Origin: Candidatus Pelearchaeum maunauluense | GTDB taxonomy: Archaea > Thermoproteota > Nitrososphaeria_A > Caldarchaeales > Caldarchaeaceae | Length of the DNA: 64,000 nucleotides | Assembly (NCBI GenBank): GCA_030059675.1 | Contig: JANVYQ010000001.1 | Coordinates: 160,001 to 224,000, forward strand | Direction: 5' to 3' | Shown here: positions 52,310 to 60,841 of the stretch, in pieces | How positions within the stretch are numbered: position 1 is the stretch's first letter | Layout of the letters: every line of letters starts with the position of its first letter | Position numbers and translations under genes: made by a program | The notes under the pieces: generated by a model | Databases searched by the model: none | What the model was told of the DNA's origin: nothing | Seen by the model: the letters and a program-made list of their open reading frames with translations, nothing else

Positions 52310-52621
52310 ATGACGGTAATGGAGATAATAGTAGATTCGCTGGTCATCTTCCTCTCATTAGGCTTATCATTCTACGCTTACTACCTCTCGCGGGTATTTA
52401 GAGGCGGTGTAATGGAAAACCATTCAGGATTCTTGCACTAGCACCGTTATTCTTTGTGATTGGCGAAAGTATGCACATACTAGAAGTAACAAGAACCTTG
52501 ACAGGATTCGTTGACATGCTACATACCGTTGGTGAAGGATTTTTCATAGTGGTATTATTCTTATGGATTATCGGTGCTTAGCTCAATATGGCGTTCAAAG
52601 AAGCTGGACCAAACGGCATGA
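52310..52621 (+). pseudogene. Small multi-TM membrane protein, frameshifted, absent from ORF track
   Basis: MTVMEIIVDSLVIFLSLGLSFYAYYLSRVFRGGVME then, after a shift at A4 52416-52419, PFRILALAPLFFVIGESMH...; a further shift gives YGLSVLSSIWRSKK ending in TGA that overlaps ATG 52618. Confidence 0.55.
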
Positions 52622-52989
52622 CGCTGGAAAGCCCCACCATAAGCATAGTTAGACGCATGATAGAGAATGCATTTGAGGCCATATTAGGCCCAAACGCTCA
52701 TAGAGTGCTGATGTACCATCTGAGCCGGAGACTCCATGACGAGCCGTATAACATTCTGTTGGAAGAACCGTCACGCTTCTATGCCGCCTTAAAAGAAATA
52801 TTTGGGGTAGGGGCTGATACGTTAATTCTAAATCTGGGCGATATACTCATAGTTAAGTACAGTGTCAATATTTCACGCGGCCAAATTTCGAAACTCATGC
52901 CCGATGGAAATGGAGAAGAAAAACAGATTCTACTAAGGCGGTTGGAGCAAGCCACTAGACTCGCTGCCCACCATAGGCCCTTAAAATAA
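52618..52989 (+). CDS. NitrOD5/DUF3227-like small helical protein
   Basis: ILG.NA..VLMYHL...P..FY.AL.EIFG.GA pattern, similar to 9037..9360. Confidence 0.6.
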   Translation: MTLESPTISIVRRMIENAFEAILGPNAHRVLMYHLSRRLHDEPYNILLEEPSRFYAALKEIFGVGADTLILNLGDILIVKYSVNISRGQISKLMPDGNGEEKQILLRRLEQATRLAAHHRPLK

Positions 52990-53008
52990 CAAAACATTAT
53001 GAGAGAGT

Positions 53009-53524
53009 TTAAGGCTCTACGACTATCTTGCCATACATCCCCTTATCTGCGTGTGTCTGCGGGAACGTTATCTCCAACTCTGTACATAGGTAGGAGTAAG
53101 TTCCTGGAGCGTCAAACTTTAGGAAGAAAGTTTTAGTTTCTCCAGGCTCCACAGCAACGTCTTCCTCAGCATATTTCTCATGTATCTCGTGTATTTCATG
53201 CGAGCCCTCAATATCTTCTTCATCAAGTCCTTGCGCTTTTAATTCATTTACCGTGTCTCTTATCTCCGTCAGCATTGCATCCTTATCCTTTACCACCATG
53301 AATTCATGTCCTACTCCCCCTCTGTTTATGAGTATTATCTTCACAGTTTCTCCTACTTTCATTTTTATCGTGGGGCCTCCTGAAGGGCCGTTATAGCCGA
53401 AGTCCCACATCTCAAGCGTTGTTTCGCGTATTTTTGGCTGTGCTAGAAGGTAGAAAGAAGTAACAGCACCCACTGCTATTACGGCTATAGCGGCAATAAT
53501 GGCGAGGCCTGTATTTTTCTTCAC
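53009..53524 (-). CDS. Membrane-anchored cupredoxin with His/Glu-rich insertion
   Basis: N-terminal TM; GPTI, GHEFMV, C-x10-H-x4-M (CTELEITFPQTHADKGM). Confidence 0.8.
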   Translation of the reverse strand: MKKNTGLAIIAAIAVIAVGAVTSFYLLAQPKIRETTLEMWDFGYNGPSGGPTIKMKVGETVKIILINRGGVGHEFMVVKDKDAMLTEIRDTVNELKAQGLDEEDIEGSHEIHEIHEKYAEEDVAVEPGETKTFFLKFDAPGTYSYLCTELEITFPQTHADKGMYGKIVVEP

Positions 53525-53608
53525 ATGAGAAGTACAGAGGGGAAAATCTTATAATTATTATCCTTCAAATATTGTGGTGCTGTAAAAATCATTCCTTATT
53601 ACAAAAAA

Positions 53609-53968
53609 TCATGCATCATTAGAGATGGTTTCTTTATTGCTTCTAATGAAAATGGACCTCTGTCTTGTTATTATTTCGGTTGAAGGCGCTGGGATTTCAT
53701 TTGTTTTTATCTCAAATATAATGATAGCAGTTATTACTGGTATTAATGCTGCTGGAATAATTGTGATTACGCTATGAGTATAGTGAGGTAGGAATACAGT
53801 AAGGTCATGAGCTAGATTGCTTAGGGTTAGTCCTGTACCAGCGCTAGCAATTATTGTCTTGTTAACCATGCTTAACGGCTTAAATGCATAGATGAAGGTA
53901 TATGCTAATATGAGAACAGTCAATCCAGTAATCCACGCGAGGACCAGCTGGGACATAAGTCCTGCCAT
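53609..53968 (-). CDS. Hypothetical three-TM membrane protein
   Basis: Three hydrophobic segments, AT-rich. Confidence 0.55.
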   Translation of the reverse strand: MAGLMSQLVLAWITGLTVLILAYTFIYAFKPLSMVNKTIIASAGTGLTLSNLAHDLTVFLPHYTHSVITIIPAALIPVITAIIIFEIKTNEIPAPSTEIITRQRSIFIRSNKETISNDA

Positions 53969-54190
53969 ATGCGGGTTATCCTCACAAACTAATCCAGCAC
54001 CTGTTAATGTATGAGAGATTAAAACGTCCCGCTATTGCTTGAAATAGCTATTATCGCGAGAACCAGATAAAGAAGGCGTAAATTGTCTATCCTCTTCACA
54101 ACACCTCAAAGGGGAATATTCCTCTATCTGGCTATTAACTAAATACCTAACATCTTAGGGTATTAAAAATTTAAGAGGTTATTTAAGCTC

Positions 54191-54679
54191 TTATTCTTCA
54201 ACGATTAGGTTGCCGTACATTCCCAGCTCTATATGGCCTGGCACTTGGCAGACGTAGTTGTATATTCCTGGCTTGTTGGGTTTGAAGATTGTTGTTCCCT
54301 GCTCTCCTGGTTGTACTGGACGGGCTGCCGAGCCTATGGCGGCGTTGAACAGGACTGGAGCGTCAAACTTCTTCTCTGAGACTACGGCGAAGGAGTGGGG
54401 TATCCTGCCTATGTTGATGAATGTTACCTTGACGGTCTCGCTGACCTTCACGCGTATATCTGGGCCTGGTGATGATAGGTCTTCTCCCCGTATCCCGAAG
54501 GCGAATTTCCCGTCTATCTCGCCGCCGATTATCGTTATCTCTATTGCTGGTTTCTCTTCTTCCGCTGCTGGTGGTGTTGTAGGGGCTCCCGCTGGGAAGA
54601 GTAGAACCACGGCCACTGCGAGCAGTAGAGCTAAGCCGCCTACGAACGCGAGTGTGGCAGCCGCTTTCACACCATCCAT
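54191..54679 (-). CDS. Membrane-anchored cupredoxin (sulfocyanin/rusticyanin-like), in oxidase operon
   Basis: TM, PGPDIRV, PHSF, YVCQVPGHIELGM. Confidence 0.88.
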   Translation of the reverse strand: MDGVKAAATLAFVGGLALLLAVAVVLLFPAGAPTTPPAAEEEKPAIEITIIGGEIDGKFAFGIRGEDLSSPGPDIRVKVSETVKVTFINIGRIPHSFAVVSEKKFDAPVLFNAAIGSAARPVQPGEQGTTIFKPNKPGIYNYVCQVPGHIELGMYGNLIVEE

Positions 54680-54699
54680 AGCGCTTGCTCACCTCCTCT

Positions 54700-54981
54700 C
54701 TAGAAGCTGCCGAGACCAGCCTGCACGCCGAGGCTCACCACCATGCCTATGATAAGCCCAAGAGCCGCCAGTAGGCCTGCTATGTAGAGCGTCGCTACTC
54801 CACGTGGCTCTCTTATGAGATGCTGATAGAATACAGCAACCAGCAACGCAGCGACGCTGGCCAGGCCGATTATCCCAGCGCGCGCCTGCGCAGGAGGTAG
54901 ACCAGCGTAGAAGACTACAAGCTCCAGCGCCACCAGTATCACAAGCCCAACCCAAACAGCTACGTAATGAACCACCCGCAC
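54700..54981 (-). CDS. Heme-copper oxidase subunit IV family
   Basis: YVAVWVGLVIL..LE, VFYQHLIRE; three TMs; operon position. Confidence 0.8.
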   Translation of the reverse strand: MRVVHYVAVWVGLVILVALELVVFYAGLPPAQARAGIIGLASVAALLVAVFYQHLIREPRGVATLYIAGLLAALGLIIGMVVSLGVQAGLGSF

Positions 54982-54998
54982 CGCGCATCACCCCCTCC

Positions 54999-57335
54999 TC
55001 ATATAAGGTAGAAGAGCGGGAAGAGGAAGAGCCAGACTATGTCGACGAAGTGCCAGTAGAGGTCGAAGCCCTCAAGCCCTACGTGGTTCTCCTTCGTTAT
55101 CCTACCCTTGAACGCCCGTATTATGAGGTATATGAGTACTGCCAGCCCTGCTGCTACGTGCATCCCATGCGCTCCTGTCGTGATGTAGAATGTTGTTGCT
55201 GGTAGGCCGCTGCTGAAGGTTATTCCATGGCTGAATAGCTCGCTCCATTCGCGGCCTTTGTTGAAGAGGAAGATGAAACCTAGGACGAACGTGGCTATGA
55301 GCCCTCCGCGTAGCAGTGTTTGGTTTCCTGACTTCGCGCCAGCGAGGGCGAGTATGGCTGTCAGGCTACTCGTTACTAGTATGAATGTGTTTATCGCGCC
55401 TTCTATGGGGTTGAGGAACTCTCCTGGCGCTGGCCATGTTGCACTGTTTATCCTCACGAAGATATAGGAGCCTATTAGAGCGCCGAAGAGAACAATCTCG
55501 CCGAAGAGTAGAGTCCATACACCTAGTCTTACTCTCTCAACACTCACGAAGGGCCATCGTTCTCCTTCGGCAGGCTCTACGGCTATGAACTCCTCCTTCG
55601 CCCAGCCCACTATAGAGCTTATGAGTATCAGTGCGCCCAGCAACAGTACTGGGAGTCCTAAACCTGCCCCCAGGAATGTTATGAACATTCCGAGCGACAT
55701 GAAGAGTGGCCACCTGCTATAGTGTGTCTCGTGTATATGGTGGCCGCCGTTGGCTGGTATTGGCTGTATTGTTATCGTACCATCAGCCTTGACTACTGGC
55801 TGGCCATCATAGTTATGGCGTGGAGGCGGTGATGGGACGAGCCACTCTAGGCTCCATGCTCCCCATGGGTTGTTTCCAGCAGGCTCTCCCTTCCTGAGGC
55901 TCTGGTAGAGGTTTACGAAGAGTATCAGCCATGAGAAGGCGAATATTATCGTCCCCAGAGTGGATAGCATGTTGGGCAGCTCCCACCCCATATCTGCTGG
56001 GTAGGTAAATACGCGGCGGGGCATGTCTATGAGGAAGTGCATCGGGAAGTAGAGGAGGTTGAAGCCTATCATATACACTATGAAGTGAAGCTTACCCAGC
56101 TTCTCGTTGAACATCCTCCCAGTCATCTTGGGCCACCAGTAGTAGAGCGCGGCCAACAGCCCTGTTGTAGCTCCGCCGACAAGAGTGTAGTGGAAGTGGG
56201 CCACTATCCAGTAGGTTCCGCGCAGGTAGTAGTCAAGCGCTACTGAGGAGTTGAAGACACCTGTAACGCCACCTATGATGAAGAGCGCCACACCACCTAG
56301 AGCGAAGAGCACGGGAGTGGTGAATCTAATAGAAGCGCCCACGAGAGTCAGTATGAAGGCCAGGGTAGCAACACCAAACGGAATGGATATAGTCTCAGTA
56401 GTGATTGTCATAAACTTACGGAAGCCAGGGTCTGTACCAGTTACGAACATATGATGAGCCCATACCATGAAGCTCATTATTGAGCCGATGATTAGGGCTG
56501 TTATGAGTATCTTCTTTCCGTAGAGTGGTTTTCGCGCGAATACTGGCAATACTTCTGCTATTGCTACTAGTCCTGGGACTAGGACGATATACACTTCTGG
56601 GTGGCCGAAGAACCAGAAGAGGTGGTCCCAGAGTATTGCGCCTCCCTCAACCGAGGAGAAGTAGAGTGTGCCGAGGAGCCTGTCGGCGGCCAGCATTATC
56701 ACGCCAGCTGCTATGGAGGGGAAGGCGAAGAGCATCATGAAGACAGTAAGCAGTATCCCCCAAGTGTATATCGGCATGCGTAGCAACGTCATTCCAGGCG
56801 CTCTTGAACGGAATATCGTTACCAAGAAGTTCACGGTGCTCATGGTTACTGAGGCTATGAGCATCAGTAGCCCAGCGCCTCCCAGCGTTACGCCTAGCTG
56901 AGGCGCGTATTTTGTTGTGTTGAGCGGTGCGTAGACGGTCCAGCCCGTGTCTATGGCTCCTCCAGGTGTGAAGAAGCCTATAGCCGCTAGCAGGCCGCCG
57001 AATAGGTAAAACCAGTAGCTCAAAGCATTTAGTCGCGGGAAAGCGAGGTCTCTGGCACCTATTTGGAGTGGGACGAAATAGTTGGCAAAGGCGAAGGCTA
57101 GCGGCGATAAGAACCATAGCACCATGACAAGGCCGTGGACTGTTACAGCCTGGTTGAAGGGCGCGCTCTGTAGTATGTTAAGACCTGGAGCCATTAGTTG
57201 TAGCCGCATGAGAACCGCTAGTGCCCCACCTACGACTAGGAAGTAGAGCGAGGTAATGAAATATAGTATGCCCACATCCTTGTGGTTTGTGGTGAATAAC
57301 CATCTTCTAACAGAGTTTAGCGGAACCTCCATCAT
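54999..57335 (-). CDS. Heme-copper oxidase subunit I fused to subunit III-like domain (A1 type)
   Basis: TTNHKDVG, WFFGHPEVY, WAHHMF, AHFHY; then GEIVLFG, TGAHGMH, YWHFVDIVW. Confidence 0.95.
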   Translation of the reverse strand: MMEVPLNSVRRWLFTTNHKDVGILYFITSLYFLVVGGALAVLMRLQLMAPGLNILQSAPFNQAVTVHGLVMVLWFLSPLAFAFANYFVPLQIGARDLAFPRLNALSYWFYLFGGLLAAIGFFTPGGAIDTGWTVYAPLNTTKYAPQLGVTLGGAGLLMLIASVTMSTVNFLVTIFRSRAPGMTLLRMPIYTWGILLTVFMMLFAFPSIAAGVIMLAADRLLGTLYFSSVEGGAILWDHLFWFFGHPEVYIVLVPGLVAIAEVLPVFARKPLYGKKILITALIIGSIMSFMVWAHHMFVTGTDPGFRKFMTITTETISIPFGVATLAFILTLVGASIRFTTPVLFALGGVALFIIGGVTGVFNSSVALDYYLRGTYWIVAHFHYTLVGGATTGLLAALYYWWPKMTGRMFNEKLGKLHFIVYMIGFNLLYFPMHFLIDMPRRVFTYPADMGWELPNMLSTLGTIIFAFSWLILFVNLYQSLRKGEPAGNNPWGAWSLEWLVPSPPPRHNYDGQPVVKADGTITIQPIPANGGHHIHETHYSRWPLFMSLGMFITFLGAGLGLPVLLLGALILISSIVGWAKEEFIAVEPAEGERWPFVSVERVRLGVWTLLFGEIVLFGALIGSYIFVRINSATWPAPGEFLNPIEGAINTFILVTSSLTAILALAGAKSGNQTLLRGGLIATFVLGFIFLFNKGREWSELFSHGITFSSGLPATTFYITTGAHGMHVAAGLAVLIYLIIRAFKGRITKENHVGLEGFDLYWHFVDIVWLFLFPLFYLI

Positions 57336-57339
57336 CTAC

Positions 57340-57975
57340 TCACCCCTTATACCATGCTTCAAACTCGCTAGGCTCCATCACGATTAGCCTACCAGTCATG
57401 AAAGCATGACCAACGCCACAGAGCTCAAAGCACTGGATTGTATATTCTCCAGTGTCGGCGGGCTTTATCCAAATCCAGATAACCTTACCTGGTATAGCGT
57501 CCACACCTATCTTGAACTCTATTAACTGGAATTTGTGGAAGACATCATCACTTGTTACTGCGAAGATTATCACTTCATCGCGCGGCACGCGCACCTCATT
57601 AACCGTCTCTAGCCCATTTGGGTAAATGAACTTCCACCCCCACTGGAATCCATGAACTTTTATGACCATAGCCCCCTTCTCAGGAGGCTTTTCAATTAAA
57701 TCAACGGTCTCCATCGTTCCCAGTGTTATTGTGAAGAGTATTCCCGTGACTATGAGCGTTAGTATTAGTGCAGCGCCTATTGTTCCCCTCTCTGCTGGTA
57801 TTTTTCCTGGGGTTGGAGCGTCTGCTGGCTCTGGAGAGCCAGGCTTGTGGCGGTATCGTATTATATTATAGATAAGCAGGGCTATGACGAATGTTCCGAC
57901 GATTGTTCCGATTGTTAGGTAGAGGTTGAAAAGCTCTTGCCACTGCGCAGTAACGGGGGAAAGAGCGGCAGTCAT
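57340..57975 (-). CDS. coxB: Heme-copper oxidase subunit II (CuA)
   Basis: FQWGWKF, DVFH, CFELCGVGHAFM; no CxxCH heme c domain. Confidence 0.95.
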   Translation of the reverse strand: MTAALSPVTAQWQELFNLYLTIGTIVGTFVIALLIYNIIRYRHKPGSPEPADAPTPGKIPAERGTIGAALILTLIVTGILFTITLGTMETVDLIEKPPEKGAMVIKVHGFQWGWKFIYPNGLETVNEVRVPRDEVIIFAVTSDDVFHKFQLIEFKIGVDAIPGKVIWIWIKPADTGEYTIQCFELCGVGHAFMTGRLIVMEPSEFEAWYKG

Positions 57976-58019
57976 ATTCCTTCTCAGATAGGGCTGACCT
58001 ACAGTATTGTGGATTAAGC

Positions 58020-58057
58020 TTATCCTTCAAATCTGAAGGCTGAATATAAGCTTCAGC
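58020..58057. promoter_or_regulatory. Palindrome CCTTCA-AATC-TGAAGG (and overlapping GCTGAA-N7-TTCAGC) between divergent cox and sco genes
   Basis: Perfect 6-bp arms; 13-mer TTATCCTTCAAAT also at 53558-53570. Confidence 0.6.
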
Positions 58058-58153
58058 ACATACAATATCTTACGGAAGCTACACGCGAATATGGTTTATG
58101 ATTGAACCATTATGCTTAAATCATGCTGACAAACTAATTAGTGATTCTCAGAA

Positions 58154-58760
58154 CTGCTCCTGACCAGGCGTAGAATACTATTCCTTACGGTTATTGTAAT
58201 AGTTGTGGCCACTTTAGGAGGAGTGATAGCCTATACAGCTCTACAGCCCTCTTACAAACTAGCAATAGAACTGCCAGGAAACGAGAAACTGAAAAATTTC
58301 ACACTCACTGACCAGTATGGAAGGAAGTTTCCATATCTTCCGTCGGGGGGAGGTTGTCCTCCTATATTTTGGCTATACTAACTGTCCAGATATATGCCCA
58401 CTCGTCATGAGCAGATTCGCATATCTTGAGGAGAAGTTAGGTGATGATATTGATGAGGTGGCCATGATTCTTGTGGCTACCGACCCAGAGCGCGACACGC
58501 CTGATGCCCTACGGCGTTATGTTGAGCGATATAGTAGTAGGATTATCGCGCTTACAGGAACACCACAGCAGATTGAGGAAGTCTTGAAGCTATATGGCAT
58601 ATATTCTGAGAAGTCATTAGAGGAGGATAGAGAATATCTCATCCCACATTTCGCTCTAGTCATAGTTGCTGATAAGAACATGGTTATGCGTTATGCTCTT
58701 ACGCCTGAGATGGAGCCTGACGAGTATGTGCGGGCTGTTAGATACCTACTTGAGAGGTGA
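58154..58760 (+). pseudogene. SCO/SenC copper chaperone with frameshift near 58327-58350
   Basis: FGYTNCPDICP, DPERDT, distal His; TM anchor and NFTLTDQYG lie in a different upstream frame; start uncertain. Confidence 0.75.
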
Positions 58761-59317
58761 ATAGTATGCGACGCGTAAGGATTGCGTTGATTGGAGTAGC
58801 TATTATTTTTTCTCTATTAGCCATGTTTGTTTTTTCTGCATCTGCCCAGACTCAGTGGTGCTCAATAAACTGGGTGGGCGACTACATAGTGGAGTTCCGA
58901 ATTTATCCTAATCCCATAGTTGCGGGCGAAGAATCTCAACTCCTCTTCAGCATACTCAATAAAGACCTTGAGGAAGCTAGGAATATAACAGTCTCAATAG
59001 CCGTGTTTGAGGGCTATAAGCTTCTCCATAAATTCCCTAAGAGGCTTTACAGCATGGGAGACCTAAGCTACACCTACACATTCCCCGACACGGGGGAATA
59101 TATTGTGCTGTTGAACATCTTTGAGGGCAAGGCAATATTAAGCGGCCAATTTACCGTTAATGTGGAGAGGCGCGGGATACACTTCTGGCAGATAGCTGCA
59201 GCTCTCCCCATGGTGGTTGCCGCCGCGCTCACAGCAGTATATTACGTGCATAGATTTAGACAAGCACAACACAGCACGCCGAAAGAATTTATAAACAAGA
59301 CATCAAATAATGAATAA
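58757..59317 (+). CDS. Exported Ig-fold (FixH/YtkA-like) protein with C-terminal TM
   Basis: Signal peptide, P.P..AGE, YTFPDTGEY, C-terminal TM; follows sco. Confidence 0.55.
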   Translation: MNSMRRVRIALIGVAIIFSLLAMFVFSASAQTQWCSINWVGDYIVEFRIYPNPIVAGEESQLLFSILNKDLEEARNITVSIAVFEGYKLLHKFPKRLYSMGDLSYTYTFPDTGEYIVLLNIFEGKAILSGQFTVNVERRGIHFWQIAAALPMVVAAALTAVYYVHRFRQAQHSTPKEFINKTSNNE

Positions 59318-59328
59318 GCAGTAAGGCC

Positions 59329-59982
59329 ATGCTTCGAGTAACACTGAACGTACGGATGAACTGCCCCTGGGTTTCCTACATATCTAGAAAATATAATGCG
59401 CGCATAACAATTCTTCAATGCGTTCCCCACGTAATGTCTGGCGGCGTCTCTGCGTTGGTTAAGGTTAAAAGCCCCAACTGCGGCTCTGAGCAGATATCCC
59501 GCGCGGTACGTAAAGTTCCCACGGTTCAGGACGCTACTTTCACGGAGATTAGGCCAAATGTCCATTTTGGGATAGTCAAGACCAGCTTATGCCCCTGTTC
59601 CTCAACAATTCTGCCGCATTTTAACCTGATTAACGCTGTAGATAACGGTGATGGAGGCCTCCGCTGGACGTTTTTGGTGGATAATGAGAAGAGCTTGAAA
59701 CAGCTTTCGGAGTATTTGGATAATAATGGTATAGACTATCAGATTGAGGAGGCGATTAAAATAGAGGATAGCTGGTGCTTGACTGAGAAGCAGGAGCAGG
59801 TTATTAGAGCTGCCCTTGAGCTAGGGTTCTACGACATACCCCGTAGAGTAGGTCTTAAAGAGCTGGCTAAGCTCTTTAACATATCACCCCGCGCGGTATC
59901 AGAGATCCTAAGAAGAGCCCACAGGAGGATAATAATCCACGCGCTAGAGACCCATCAAGTATCTAAATATAACGAGGCATAA
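59329..59982 (+). CDS. Bacterio-opsin-activator-like HTH (HTH_10) regulator
   Basis: LTEKQEQVIRAALELGFYDIPRRVGLKELA...SEILRRA. Confidence 0.88.
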   Translation: MLRVTLNVRMNCPWVSYISRKYNARITILQCVPHVMSGGVSALVKVKSPNCGSEQISRAVRKVPTVQDATFTEIRPNVHFGIVKTSLCPCSSTILPHFNLINAVDNGDGGLRWTFLVDNEKSLKQLSEYLDNNGIDYQIEEAIKIEDSWCLTEKQEQVIRAALELGFYDIPRRVGLKELAKLFNISPRAVSEILRRAHRRIIIHALETHQVSKYNEA

Positions 59983-60018
59983 AACCTATAAACAGACCAG
60001 AAACAACCAATAAGCAGG

Positions 60019-60093
60019 GCGGCCGTGGTCTAGCCTGGGTATGACACGGGCCTGCCACGCCCGGAATCGCGGGTTCAAATCCCGCCGGCCGCA
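60019..60093 (+). tRNA. tRNA-Gly(GCC), intronless, CCA not encoded
   Basis: Acceptor GCGGCCG/CGGCCGC, anticodon arm CGGGC-CTGCCAC-GCCCG, T loop GGTTCAAATCC. Confidence 0.96.
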
Positions 60094-60109
60094 TACATTA
60101 CTTAGTTGT

Positions 60110-60685
60110 TTATTGTTTGTCTTGTTTCAGCTTCATGTGTATTATTCCTCTTGCTATGTTATGTTCTATTATCGTTATATTGTATTCGTCAAGCAATCCC
60201 TTTAGGAATTCCATTATGCATTTTGTTGATTCTATCTTATTTCCTATTCCTATGAGCCCCACTTCATATGTTATGTTTCCCAGGTATTTTATCTCTAGGT
60301 TTTTGATTGGGAGATACTTGGCGTATGTGTCTGCGAGGTGTATTAGCTGGTCTAGGTCTTTGGCGTATATTTTTATTAGCGCTGATACTTCCTGGCCTAG
60401 TTTATAGAAGCGTTTTAGGAGCTTCTCAGGGTCGTGCCTATAGAGCTTCTCTATTAGGTCGTCCATGAAGTCAGATGGTAGGATTACGGCGTCAACCTCG
60501 CTTAATAGTCTATGGACTAACCAAAGGTTTAATATGACGCGCATATCGGCGCCTTCGTTAAGCAGTGCTACTGCGTTCTCCATTATTTCATTAACGAGAG
60601 CGTAGAGTGTCATCTTGCGCTCTCTAGCTATCGTAGCTAGTTGTTTGGCAATCTTTTCATCAACCGCTAAAGAAGTTCTAGACAC
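60110..60685 (-). CDS. Ribbon-helix-helix protein with C-terminal NitrOD1/V4R-like domain
   Basis: RTSLAVDEKIAKQL..IARERKMTLYALVNEI RHH-like N-terminus; C-terminal call is tentative. Confidence 0.55.
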   Translation of the reverse strand: MSRTSLAVDEKIAKQLATIARERKMTLYALVNEIMENAVALLNEGADMRVILNLWLVHRLLSEVDAVILPSDFMDDLIEKLYRHDPEKLLKRFYKLGQEVSALIKIYAKDLDQLIHLADTYAKYLPIKNLEIKYLGNITYEVGLIGIGNKIESTKCIMEFLKGLLDEYNITIIEHNIARGIIHMKLKQDKQ

Positions 60686-60841
60686 TTCGCCGATGTTTGT
60701 GGTATGCTTGTATATGAATTGGCTTCAAATAGGAATAAAGGCTCCATGGGGGCTAAAAGGTGTGTGTAGGTTTGAAAACGTTAAGGTTTGGCATGACAGC
60801 GTTATACTGTTGTAATAGGTTTTGAGAAAGCGGGGGCTGAG

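Noticed and set aside
60019-60093. tRNA-integrated mobile element
   Set aside because: No integrase and no duplicated tRNA end seen
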